Made by a program: the position numbers and the translations under genes
In this document: positions 1-8,715 of the stretch, in pieces
Numbering within the stretch: the first letter of the stretch is position 1
How the letters are laid out: each line of letters starts with the position of its first letter
NCBI GenBank assembly: GCA_026421205.1
Contig: JAPKBM010000007.1
Location: 7,723 to 71,722 of the forward strand
Length of the DNA: 64,000 nucleotides
Origin: Planctomycetota bacterium
GTDB taxonomy: Bacteria > Planctomycetota > UBA1135
Reading direction: 5' to 3'
The notes under the pieces: generated by a model
Told to the model about the DNA's origin: nothing
What the model saw: the letters and a program-made list of their open reading frames with translations, nothing else
Databases searched by the model: none

Positions 1-27
1 CCGCTGCGATACCTTGAGGCCTGTAGG

Positions 28-1371
28 ATGCTTTCTGTGAAAGATGGCAAGAAAGGGCCTTGGCAGGAGAAGATTCCAAGCCGGCAGGTGGTAACGCCCG
101 CCGAGTTCCGACCCCTTTTGGCTTCTCAGGCTGGGGATCTTCCCCTTTTGGTAAATGGACTACTTGAGTCAAGCTCGGAACAGTGGACCCAGCGGCAGCT
201 GCACCACCTTTACCAGGCGACCTCGGAATTAGAGGGCTTTCTAGACGCTTTTCACGCCAAGCAAAACCAAGAGTATTTCAAAGTACGTGAGCTCGTGGCT
301 TTTGTGCGGTGGATTTCTGCTGGGATTAGCCCTTTGATGCATCTTTATAGTCGTTTACCGTCATACCCTGTTGCGGATCCAGAGTGGATTCAGGAATCCC
401 TCGGCCCCCAAGTTCGGCAAACGGCGCTGAAGCTCGGAAAGATTTTGGAGAAAACGATGCAAGGCCTTAGAGACGAGTGGGTCAGGGCAGGACTACTTTG
501 GCCTGATGGCTCCTTGCGCCTGGAATCTCTTTCTCCTGGCAAGGCGATGCAGACGCTTGCCGCAAATCGTGTTCAGGTCGCCGCACCGGCTTCTGCGCGA
601 ACGGTTGGGGCTCGTCAGGCGGGGCAGTTTTTGGCCCTTGCTCAGTCGTGGGCTCCTCTGTCTCAAGGTGCATCAGTGAAAGAGGATCAAAGTCTTTTTA
701 TGGCCCGTTATTGCACGGAAGTCATTGCTCGGCGCGCTGAGGCTCAGGCGCACAACTTTCAGTCTACCTATGACACCTACGTTGCAGGTACAGAGGAAGA
801 GGCCACCTGTTCTTCGCTGCCTTTGCTTCGGGGTATTTCCGGGGTCGTTCTCCATCTTTGTGAAATGGTGACCCCCTTAACGCACCTTTTTGAGAGACAC
901 GACATCTTCGAAAAGGAGGACGAGTCTAAGGAGTTATTTCATAAGCATGTTGACCAAAAATTGTTGATGGAAATAATCATAAACAGCGGTGTATTAATGG
1001 CTTACGAGTGTTTATTGAAAAGTATTCCTGTGGCAGAGAAAGCATTGGAGGAGCTGACAGACCAAGGCTCATGCACCCTAGAAATACCCCCTGGGATTAC
1101 CTTGCATGCGCGCCCCCTGTCCCTAATTGTTTCTGTGGTTCAGCATCATGGAACCCCAGTAGAAATGGAGATTGACGGGGGCCGCACGAACGCCGCTTCC
1201 ATGATGCAATTATTGATTGCCCTTGGCACTCGCCCTCACCTCCAGAGGGTTACTTTTTTCGGAGATTCGGCCCCCCTGGCTGACCTGCGCCACCTTTTTA
1301 AGGCAAACCTAGGAGAGGAGGGCCTTGACCGGCTGCCTAGGGAGCTTTCCTATCTTCGACCTTCTTCTTAA
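28..1371 (+). CDS. Unknown N-terminal region (about 350 aa) fused to a C-terminal HPr-like phosphocarrier domain. The frame is open back to nt 1, so the gene may start upstream of the window.
   Basis: 447-aa ORF. The last ~95 aa read GITLHARPLSLIV...GRTNAASMMQLLIALG, matching the HPr His15 region (GLH[AT]RPA) and the Ser46 region (SAKS-hydrophobic). There is no in-frame stop between nt 1 and ATG 28. Confidence 0.6.
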   Translation: MLSVKDGKKGPWQEKIPSRQVVTPAEFRPLLASQAGDLPLLVNGLLESSSEQWTQRQLHHLYQATSELEGFLDAFHAKQNQEYFKVRELVAFVRWISAGISPLMHLYSRLPSYPVADPEWIQESLGPQVRQTALKLGKILEKTMQGLRDEWVRAGLLWPDGSLRLESLSPGKAMQTLAANRVQVAAPASARTVGARQAGQFLALAQSWAPLSQGASVKEDQSLFMARYCTEVIARRAEAQAHNFQSTYDTYVAGTEEEATCSSLPLLRGISGVVLHLCEMVTPLTHLFERHDIFEKEDESKELFHKHVDQKLLMEIIINSGVLMAYECLLKSIPVAEKALEELTDQGSCTLEIPPGITLHARPLSLIVSVVQHHGTPVEMEIDGGRTNAASMMQLLIALGTRPHLQRVTFFGDSAPLADLRHLFKANLGEEGLDRLPRELSYLRPSS

Positions 1372-2102
1372 ATGCCGCTTTTGAGACGATCTCCAAGGAT
1401 ACTTGGAAGCCCAGCTTTTCTAATAAGGCGTTGCTCCGCCGCAATATTATAGGGTGTGCGTAACAGCTGTATTCTTCTACTGTTAGGATTATATATAACC
1501 ACTGGCGCAAGGGGGTTTTCGTCCCTTGGCTGTCCTGGGCTGCCAACGTTAACTACGGCTTTTTCTCCTTCGCCAAGGATCCAGTCTTGAGAGAAGTGCC
1601 AGTCCAATTCGTCCCCGCTTTTAGGGAGTACGAAATTCATCGGCACATGGGTATGGCCACAAAAACCGACGGCCTGACTGAATTCACCCAAACTGGCTCG
1701 TGCTGCGGGGAAGGAGCGTAAATAGTGAAACAACTCCGGCTCTGGGAGCGCCCCATGAAAAAGCGCAAATGAATCCTCCTCAATAATCAGGGGCAGACTC
1801 TCCAGAAAGTCTGAATTTTCCTTCGTGATGGTTTTTTTAGTCCAGTCCAGGGCCGCGCGCGCATAGGGATTAAAATAGCTAGAGTCAATTTTATCCAACA
1901 AAGCCCAGTCATGGTTGCCCGCAACGCTTCGAACATTATTTTGGCGAACGAGGTTAATCACCTCATTGGGCCGGGCCCCATATCCCACTAAATCCCCGAC
2001 ACAGTAGAGATCCGTGACGCCCTCAAGCTCCAAAAGGGCCAATACAGCCTCTAAAGCAGAGAGGTTTGAGTGTAAATCGCCAAGAATCCCGATTTTTTGC
2101 AT
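1368..2102 (-). CDS. Metallophosphoesterase (calcineurin-like phosphoesterase family)
   Basis: Ordered motifs GDLHSN, GDLVGYG, GNHD and GHTH in a 244-aa ORF with an ATG start at 2102. Confidence 0.8.
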   Translation of the reverse strand: MQKIGILGDLHSNLSALEAVLALLELEGVTDLYCVGDLVGYGARPNEVINLVRQNNVRSVAGNHDWALLDKIDSSYFNPYARAALDWTKKTITKENSDFLESLPLIIEEDSFALFHGALPEPELFHYLRSFPAARASLGEFSQAVGFCGHTHVPMNFVLPKSGDELDWHFSQDWILGEGEKAVVNVGSPGQPRDENPLAPVVIYNPNSRRIQLLRTPYNIAAEQRLIRKAGLPSILGDRLKSGI

Positions 2103-2167
2103 GAAACGTTTGGGGCACTCAAGTTTCTTGGATACCCTGAGATGAATTCTAAAACCCGTCTCATCTT

Positions 2168-3058
2168 ATGACCAACAAAAAGCTAGGAAAAGGACTCAGC
2201 TCCTTATTGTCAAACAGACACTCCACAGAACCCGTCGACCCAGGCGGCGCCCTTTGGGTGGATCACTCCAGCCTTAGCCCGAGCTCCGAGCAGCCGCGGG
2301 TAAAGGTGGACAAGGCCCTAGAATCTCTCGCTGATTCTTTACGGAGGCACGGAATGATGCAACCTATTCTTGTAACCCAGAGAACCGACGGAATGTACGA
2401 GATTCTGGCTGGAGAGCGCCGATGGCGCGCGGCTAAAATTGCAAAGTTGAAATCAGTCCCCGTGCTGATCCGTTCAGCCCCCGCATCACAAGGAGAACGA
2501 CTCGAACTCGCGCTCATTGAGAATATCCAGCGGGAAGATCTGAATGACATGGAGCGCGCCACGGCCTGCCATCGACTTATGGAACAACATGGATTTACCC
2601 AGACAGAAGTGTCCCAAAAGCTCGGCCTGGACCGCAGCACGATCGCCAATCTTGTGCGCCTCCTTGACCTCCCACCCTTTCTACAAGAGTGTGTTTCACG
2701 TGAAACAATCACTGGTGGACACGCCAGGGCTCTTTTGCGACTCAACGGAAACCCTGAACAGCAAAAGGTTTATGAAAAAGTAGTTTCTGAAGAACTTTCC
2801 GTTCGTGCCACAGAAAAGCTGGCGAAAAAGTTGAGCAAGGGCGGAAAATTAACGGAGCACCGGGCGAGGCCCCGGAATCCAGCCTGGGTCGGCGACCTTC
2901 AAGAGAAGGTGACCCGTGGCCTTGGAATTCGCACAGAATTGCGTCTGCTTCGTGGTGGTGGCGGAAAAATGATCCTCCATTTTTCCGACCTAGACACCTT
3001 GGATCGTTTGGTGCAGGCTTGGGGCCTGGAGCAAGAGGCAGACGAGCTTCTTGGCTAA
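2168..3058 (+). CDS. parB: Chromosome partitioning protein ParB/Spo0J
   Basis: N-terminal LGKGLSSLL, arginine-patch box GERRWRAAK, ENIQREDLN, and the HTH segment TQTEVSQKLGLDRSTIANLVRLL. Confidence 0.9.
   Translation: MTNKKLGKGLSSLLSNRHSTEPVDPGGALWVDHSSLSPSSEQPRVKVDKALESLADSLRRHGMMQPILVTQRTDGMYEILAGERRWRAAKIAKLKSVPVLIRSAPASQGERLELALIENIQREDLNDMERATACHRLMEQHGFTQTEVSQKLGLDRSTIANLVRLLDLPPFLQECVSRETITGGHARALLRLNGNPEQQKVYEKVVSEELSVRATEKLAKKLSKGGKLTEHRARPRNPAWVGDLQEKVTRGLGIRTELRLLRGGGGKMILHFSDLDTLDRLVQAWGLEQEADELLG
2692..2707. promoter_or_regulatory. parS: parS centromere-like site inside parB
   Basis: Perfect 16-bp palindrome TGTTTCACGTGAAACA, identical to the canonical parS consensus. Confidence 0.85.
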
Positions 3059-3979
3059 TTAGGACCAGACAATCTCAGTAATCTTGGGATTTCCAAGGAG
3101 CTGGCCAGGGTTTTCTGGGTCAGGCTCAAGGGCGGCTAAGGCATCAAGGTCTTCTTGGCCCGTTTTGAGCATTCCAAGCACAGTACTTCGCCCATCTAGG
3201 GTATAGGAGTCCTGTGTCAGGATGGCTAAAACACCCGCATCTTGCTCGCCGGTGGTGGAGGTTGGGACTGGCTTGAGACAAAGTGCGCCTGCAGAATGAA
3301 AAGCGCCAAATGAGCGCTCCAGGGGGACCGAATCTGCGTTAGTTCCCTCCGGAAGGGAAAGCTCAACGCCCTGGGCCCCCATGGCCTTTGCGGCCCCGCC
3401 TGCCCACTGGCCCGCAGCACCGAGAAGTGCGGCAGTGGCCCTTGGGCAGGTTGAATAAACAGAAAAAGAAATTATGTAAACTCTTTCTGCGTCATCAGTT
3501 AGAGTTATTTTAACAGTAGCGTTCGTCTGCTTGTCCACCTCTGGGGTTATGTCTTTGGCTTCGAGTTCAGAGGATATAACGCTTGCGACGGTTTGAAGCA
3601 GATTGGCAGAGGTTCCATCCTCTTGAATATGAATCCCGATTAATTGCTCTGTCTTTAATGTCCCCTGAAGAAGGGCAAGGGCATCTGAGTGGCCCTGGCC
3701 CGCCGCGTTGTTCGCCAAAAGAGTCACGACCCAAGGAAAAACTCTGGAGTCATCTTGAGCGGCATTAAGAATTGCGGTGTAATCCGAAGCAGTTTCTGCG
3801 GCACGTACATCTTGCTGCGCTTGCGTGTAAATTTCCCATGACGCCTTTTGTGACTGGAGCCTTTGGTGAGGGATCCAGTAGTTGACCAGGCCCCCTCCTA
3901 GGAGGACCGTAAGGAGGAGGAGGAGAAAAGTACGATTTTTCTCTATCCAGGAATTCGAAGTATTGATCTCAGCAGTCAT
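3059..3979 (-). CDS. Membrane-anchored hypothetical protein with a possible degenerate cyclophilin-like C-terminal domain
   Basis: An internal ATG at 3979 gives MTAEINTSNSWIEKNRTFLLLLLTVLLGGGLV (TM anchor). The C-terminal ...LDGRSTVLGMLKTGQEDLDALAAL... resembles the end of cyclophilin-type PPIases. The longer ORF to 4177 has a low-complexity basic extension. Confidence 0.4.
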   Translation of the reverse strand: MTAEINTSNSWIEKNRTFLLLLLTVLLGGGLVNYWIPHQRLQSQKASWEIYTQAQQDVRAAETASDYTAILNAAQDDSRVFPWVVTLLANNAAGQGHSDALALLQGTLKTEQLIGIHIQEDGTSANLLQTVASVISSELEAKDITPEVDKQTNATVKITLTDDAERVYIISFSVYSTCPRATAALLGAAGQWAGGAAKAMGAQGVELSLPEGTNADSVPLERSFGAFHSAGALCLKPVPTSTTGEQDAGVLAILTQDSYTLDGRSTVLGMLKTGQEDLDALAALEPDPENPGQLLGNPKITEIVWS

Positions 3980-4036
3980 GTGATGTGTGGAAGGGCGACA
4001 TCCTTCTTGGGCGGAAAGTGTAGCGAATCTTTTGGA

Positions 4037-4729
4037 ATGACTCGTATGATGCGCCCCCTCATGGCTTGGCTTTCGAAATCTACGCGCAGACGGATTCTCC
4101 GGATGACGGCATCTGTCGGAATCCCGCTTTATGTCAAACTGATTGGGCTGACATGGAGGGTGCGGTTTTTGAACCAAGAGAATTATGCTTCAACTAATTC
4201 GGAGGGGTTAAGGCCTATTTTTGTTTTGTGGCACGAGAGTATTTTGGCGGGCGTTTTTTTTCATCGAAATCAAAACCATGGTGTCATGGTGAGTCAGCAC
4301 CATGATGGGGATATTAGTGCGGCAGTCATTTCTAAATTTGGATTCCGATTTTCTCGAGGCTCTACAACCCGACGCGGTGGGCGCGCTCTCTTTGAGTTGA
4401 TGGATCGAAAGACTTTTCCGGAGGGACTTGTGATGACTCCGGACGGGCCGACGGGCCCTCCTTTTTCTGTGGCCCCGGGTGTTTTCCGATTAGCCCAAGC
4501 AACCGGCCGATGGATTGTTCCCGTTGGCTTTTCTTATTCTCGTGCACGTCGTTTGAAAACCTGGGATTCAATGTTTATTCCAAAGATCTTTTCACGAGTA
4601 ACTATTTCCTACGGGTCTCCACGCCAAGTGACTAAAAACAAAGTAACCGTTGAGATGGAAGAGTCATTAAGGTTATCGCTGGAAAGGAAAGGGCTTGATG
4701 CAAAACAGGGCGGAGGAAAAGGAAAATGA
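4037..4729 (+). CDS. DUF374 / lysophospholipid-acyltransferase-like protein
   Basis: FVLWHESIL...VMVSQHHDGDISA...FRFSRGSTTRRGGRAL...TPDGPTGP is the pattern typical of DUF374 (LPLAT superfamily). I chose ATG 4037 because the ORF start at 3980 would abut the divergent gene. Confidence 0.6.
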   Translation: MTRMMRPLMAWLSKSTRRRILRMTASVGIPLYVKLIGLTWRVRFLNQENYASTNSEGLRPIFVLWHESILAGVFFHRNQNHGVMVSQHHDGDISAAVISKFGFRFSRGSTTRRGGRALFELMDRKTFPEGLVMTPDGPTGPPFSVAPGVFRLAQATGRWIVPVGFSYSRARRLKTWDSMFIPKIFSRVTISYGSPRQVTKNKVTVEMEESLRLSLERKGLDAKQGGGKGK

Positions 4730-5664
4730 AGCAAGAGACGCGGGTTTATTCGATAACGGAAGCGCAGGGCAAAGAGCTTTCTCATTTACTGACGCACGCA
4801 GGGTGGGAATTCCGATCCCTTCAGCATGCAACGTTTCAGGCAAAGGGAGATGGTTTTGTGGTAAGTTGTTACCGGAGTGGAAAACTTGTTGTTCAGGGAA
4901 AGCAAGCAGATTTTTTTGAGGAGACGTATTTATCTACACAGGTAGCCGCACGGCGAAAAAAGAAGTTGGCGTCGGAAATAACAGAGGGGAGAGAGGAGCG
5001 AGAGAAGGAAATACCAAGAGGAAATAGTCTTGGGTCGGACGAGGCGGGAAAGGGGGACACATTTGGGGGTCTTGTTGTGTGCGCCGTTGCCGTAGCGGAA
5101 AACCAGTGGGAGTCGCTTCAGGCGGCTGGAATTGACGACTCCAAAACATTAACGGATAAGAGAATGCAGGTGCTTGCGCCATGGCTAATGGAAGCCGTGG
5201 ACCATGAAATCATCTGCCTTACCCCCTCACAATATAATGAGGGCCATCTTAAGAATGGAAAGAACGTGAACAAGTTATTGACACAATTACACACGGAGGT
5301 TCTTCAAAAACTTTCCGAACGCACCTCGTATCGCATAGCGATCGTGGATCGATTTGGAAGCAACCTTCCCGTGACGAAAGAGGTTTCCTTTAGAAAGTTG
5401 CCACTTTCGATTTATGAAGTTCCTCGAGCTGAGGCCTACATTCCCGTTGCTGCGGCTTCGATTCTTGCGCGAATTTCTTTCGTGGATTCCATGAAGGCAT
5501 TAGAGGAAACTTGGGGAATAGATATACCCCTTGGAAGTGGAGCTCCGGTTCCACCAGCTTTGCGGCGTTTCTTGCAAATTCATGGAAAGGAAAAACTTCC
5601 CGAAGTTGCAAAAGTCCATTTTCAAAATTTAATACGCATCGCATCTTCTCACGAGAAAAAATGA
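4726..5664 (+). CDS. rnhC: Ribonuclease HIII
   Basis: About 85 aa of N-terminal extension followed by the RNase HII/HIII catalytic core GSDEAGKGDTFGGLVVCAV...DDSK. At 312 aa the length fits RNase HIII. ATGA overlap with the upstream gene. Confidence 0.8.
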   Translation: MKQETRVYSITEAQGKELSHLLTHAGWEFRSLQHATFQAKGDGFVVSCYRSGKLVVQGKQADFFEETYLSTQVAARRKKKLASEITEGREEREKEIPRGNSLGSDEAGKGDTFGGLVVCAVAVAENQWESLQAAGIDDSKTLTDKRMQVLAPWLMEAVDHEIICLTPSQYNEGHLKNGKNVNKLLTQLHTEVLQKLSERTSYRIAIVDRFGSNLPVTKEVSFRKLPLSIYEVPRAEAYIPVAAASILARISFVDSMKALEETWGIDIPLGSGAPVPPALRRFLQIHGKEKLPEVAKVHFQNLIRIASSHEKK

Positions 5665-6215
5665 ATTCTTTCCATGCCCATGAATTGGCCCCGCAAAAGT
5701 TTATGCCGGTTGGCATTGCGATTCTCGTTGTTTCAGACTCCCGAACTCTGGAAACGGATCGTTCTGGAAAACTCCTCGAGGAGGGCTTTTCAAAGGCAGG
5801 GCATCAGGTCCTTGAGCGCGTGATTGTCCCCGATGAAAAAGAGCGTATCGCACAACAGGTCAATGCCTGGGTGCAGGAAGAAAAAATTCAATGCCTAGTG
5901 GTCACGGGCGGAACAGGCGTGACCTCACGCGATATAACCCCAGAAGCGATTGAGCCTCTTTACGACAAGCGCCTTCCGGGGTTCGGGGAACTTTTCCGGC
6001 AACTTTCCTTTGAAGAAATTGGCGCGGCCTGCATTCAATCTCGGGCCACTGGGGGACTTATTCAGGGTCGTCCTATTTTTGTGATTCCCGGTTCAAGCGG
6101 AGCCTGTCGACTGGCCCTGGCATCTATTTTACTTCCACAGCTTGATATTCGAACGAAGCCGTGCTCCTTTCCTGGTTTGTGGAAAACCTGTGGAAAGCCT
6201 GGGGAAACTTCCTAG
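5661..6215 (+). CDS. moaB: Molybdenum cofactor biosynthesis protein B (MoaB/Mog family)
   Basis: VSDSR...TGGTGVTSRDITPEA...LPGFGELFRQLSFEEIG...PGSSGAC...RTKPC, closely parallel to E. coli MoaB. ATG 5661 overlaps the rnhC stop (ATGA). Confidence 0.75.
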   Translation: MNSFHAHELAPQKFMPVGIAILVVSDSRTLETDRSGKLLEEGFSKAGHQVLERVIVPDEKERIAQQVNAWVQEEKIQCLVVTGGTGVTSRDITPEAIEPLYDKRLPGFGELFRQLSFEEIGAACIQSRATGGLIQGRPIFVIPGSSGACRLALASILLPQLDIRTKPCSFPGLWKTCGKPGETS

Positions 6216-6494
6216 CTATTCTTCCTCGTCGGATTCAAGGACGGCCTCGGATGCTTCTCTCCAGTCGGGAATGTTTGTCCGGATGTCTTCAGACTCTCGT
6301 TGAATATCTCGAATTGCTTCGTCCACCCCACTTTCTTGACGTAAATCTTCTAGGGATCGCTTCGCCTTAAAGAAAAATCGCCCAACATCTTTAAGAACGC
6401 CCGGCAGCTTGCCGCCAAAAAGAAGGAGTCCAATGGCTATGGCCAGGAGAATTTCGGTTCCAGAAATGAAGGCGAGGGGGAGCACAAAGGGCAT
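6216..6494 (-). CDS. tatA: Sec-independent (Tat) translocase subunit TatA/E
   Basis: MPFVLPLAFISGTEILLAIAIGLLLFGGKLPGVLKDVGRFF is a TM helix, hinge (FG) and amphipathic helix, followed by an acidic tail. The ATG at 6494 lies 1 nt after the lptD stop. Confidence 0.8.
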   Translation of the reverse strand: MPFVLPLAFISGTEILLAIAIGLLLFGGKLPGVLKDVGRFFFKAKRSLEDLRQESGVDEAIRDIQRESEDIRTNIPDWREASEAVLESDEEE

Positions 6495-6495
6495 T

Positions 6496-8715
6496 TTATA
6501 GGCCCGGTTGCCAGTTTTTTGCGAGGAATAGGGGCATGAGGTCAAATTGAATCTTTTTGTCCCCCGTGGCCTCGTTTTCGATGGCCTGAAGGGTGAAAAA
6601 GAAGTCATGGCCCTGGTAAGTCAGCCCATACAGAGTGCTTTTGGCGGCATTTCCATGGCCCACGAATGTCCTTCCAAGCTGAAACTGCCAAGAGTCGGTG
6701 ATGGAGGCCGTGGCCCGAAGAACGATTGCTTGAAATTCATCACCGACCTCGCGGAGGCCAGCGGTAAGACGCCAAGAGTCGAGGGGCGCCATGGACAGGC
6801 TGGCAAAGAGCTCATCAGAGTCTCCCTCGTCAAAGGCGTGCCGGACGCGAGCTGAGGCACTCATTTTTCCGAGCAACGCAGATCGTTCCAAAGGGGACCA
6901 GGTGGCTCGGAGCTCAAGGGGTCCCCAAGTATTGTCTGGATCAATGAAGCGAGGGGCAAGGAGGTTGACATCGAGCCATGGGGAGGAATTTCCAGGCTCA
7001 AACCAGAGCTGGCGCAAGCCCAATTCTACTGCTCGGCCTGCCTGTAGCTGATCTAGCTCGTCGAAATTGAGAAAGATGTCATGAGACTCACGAAATTGGC
7101 GTCGGTCAAAAAGTCGCAAATGGGGGTGAACCTGATGGGACCAGCCCCCTTCATATTCTTGGAGGAGAATCATGCCCATCGACAAATCAGCCTCGCCAAA
7201 GGAACGACCTTGAGTGGGCGCCGACGAGATTTTTGGGTCTTTCCAGAATCCTCCCTCTGTTTGGAAGCCGGCCTGCAATCGAAGGGGACCTAGAGACCAG
7301 GGGAATGAAAGGCGCGTTTTCCATTGCGCTCGATCCCGTGTGATGACGTCGGCCACTTGAAATGGGGTAGACCCAGGCGCTGGGACTAAGTCATGAGGGC
7401 GCAATTGCATGCGCGCAAGCTGTAAATCCCAGGACCAGTTCCAAGAGCTTTCTTTTGCGGCAAAGAGCTCTGTTGGGAATTGCTGAAGGTGGAGGCTTGG
7501 AAGGAGCTCGAGCGGTGTCGGTGCTAAACCTTCGGAGTCAAAACCTTCAAGGGGGGTATAGCCGACGGAATCAAGGCGCGCAGATGCGGCGACTTCTACA
7601 AAGAGATTTCCATTGTGGCGGTGAAGATAGAGTTCAGACTCTGCATTTTCATTTTCGATCCACTCCTGCCGAAAAAATTCTGGATCGACAAGGGGGTCAG
7701 AGGTGAGGGAGAGATCGGCATCGAGCCACCAACCATGATTGAGTTCCCATCGGTTATCCCATCGGATGCGGGAGCGAATAGTGTTATCGCGACCCACTTG
7801 GTTTCGGAATGGGTGAATATCTTCGCCTTGATCATCAAGGTAAAAGAGTTCCAGGCCGGAAGAAAATCCGGGCTGCTCATATTTTATATCCCAAATTACC
7901 GGAAAGCCTCGCTCTGAGGACCAAGCTGGGCGAAGCCACCAATGCAATTCACCTGGTCCCATAGGCTCCGAGGAAGAAAAACCAATGCGGGCGCCGGTCC
8001 CCCATTGGCGACCGCTAAGAAGGTGAAGAAGGTCAAGGCCAAATCCAGAATCATCACCACCAAAAACCGGGGCAGGAAGCGGCAAAAGGGGGACACCAAG
8101 AACTTTTAGCCATGCAGAGGATGGGTCCCAAAGGTAATCGCCGGGAGCAGAACGCTTTCCTTTGAGCTCATTTAAGCTGAGTGAATAATGGGCATCTTGC
8201 TCTGAGCAGGTGGTCATTTCGCAACGAGAGGCTACGAGGGATCCATCGGCGAATTCTTTAAGTTCTTCGCAGGCAAGAGACCAAGGCCAGCCATTGAGGC
8301 GGCCTCCGGAGGGAAAAGTAAGCTTGGCCTGAAGAGCTAGGCTCTCACTTTTTTGTGGCCATCGGGTGAATGATTGGCATTGAAGCTGAAGTTGATCTTG
8401 AATAAAAACAACATGACCGGTGAGCTCGATTAGCTGCAGAAAGAGGTCGTCGGCTGGTGAGGCTAGGCCGCCGAGAAATTTTTCTTCAAGCCCTTGTGAA
8501 ATTCCATGTTGTGTTATTTGTTCATAACGTGTTTTGTCAAAGGTAAACACTCCAATGTCCGCGGACAGCGACCGGTCCTCCGAGGAATACCGAAGTCCTT
8601 CCGCTCTATAAATCACCTGATCCCCTAGTATTTCAGAAGTAAAAGAGTCCACTTCCCATTCTGGGTTTTGAGGAGGTGTTTGCGCTGCCACAAAAAGGAA
8701 AAAGGTGAGAATCAT
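6496..8715 (-). CDS. lptD: LPS-assembly outer membrane protein LptD (OstA family)
   Basis: 739 aa with a signal-like N-terminus and beta-rich sequence with aromatic alternation. The segment ...DADLSLTSDPLVDPEFFRQEW... resembles the LptD SD..Y..DF region. Position directly downstream of the kdsD-kdsC-OstA-like genes supports the call. Confidence 0.6.
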   Translation of the reverse strand: MILTFFLFVAAQTPPQNPEWEVDSFTSEILGDQVIYRAEGLRYSSEDRSLSADIGVFTFDKTRYEQITQHGISQGLEEKFLGGLASPADDLFLQLIELTGHVVFIQDQLQLQCQSFTRWPQKSESLALQAKLTFPSGGRLNGWPWSLACEELKEFADGSLVASRCEMTTCSEQDAHYSLSLNELKGKRSAPGDYLWDPSSAWLKVLGVPLLPLPAPVFGGDDSGFGLDLLHLLSGRQWGTGARIGFSSSEPMGPGELHWWLRPAWSSERGFPVIWDIKYEQPGFSSGLELFYLDDQGEDIHPFRNQVGRDNTIRSRIRWDNRWELNHGWWLDADLSLTSDPLVDPEFFRQEWIENENAESELYLHRHNGNLFVEVAASARLDSVGYTPLEGFDSEGLAPTPLELLPSLHLQQFPTELFAAKESSWNWSWDLQLARMQLRPHDLVPAPGSTPFQVADVITRDRAQWKTRLSFPWSLGPLRLQAGFQTEGGFWKDPKISSAPTQGRSFGEADLSMGMILLQEYEGGWSHQVHPHLRLFDRRQFRESHDIFLNFDELDQLQAGRAVELGLRQLWFEPGNSSPWLDVNLLAPRFIDPDNTWGPLELRATWSPLERSALLGKMSASARVRHAFDEGDSDELFASLSMAPLDSWRLTAGLREVGDEFQAIVLRATASITDSWQFQLGRTFVGHGNAAKSTLYGLTYQGHDFFFTLQAIENEATGDKKIQFDLMPLFLAKNWQPGL

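Noticed and set aside
5511-5660. Upstream 50-codon extension of the moaB ORF overlapping rnhC
   Set aside because: The extension lies inside the rnhC coding region in another frame. The MoaB homology starts after ATG 5661, which forms an ATGA junction with the rnhC stop.
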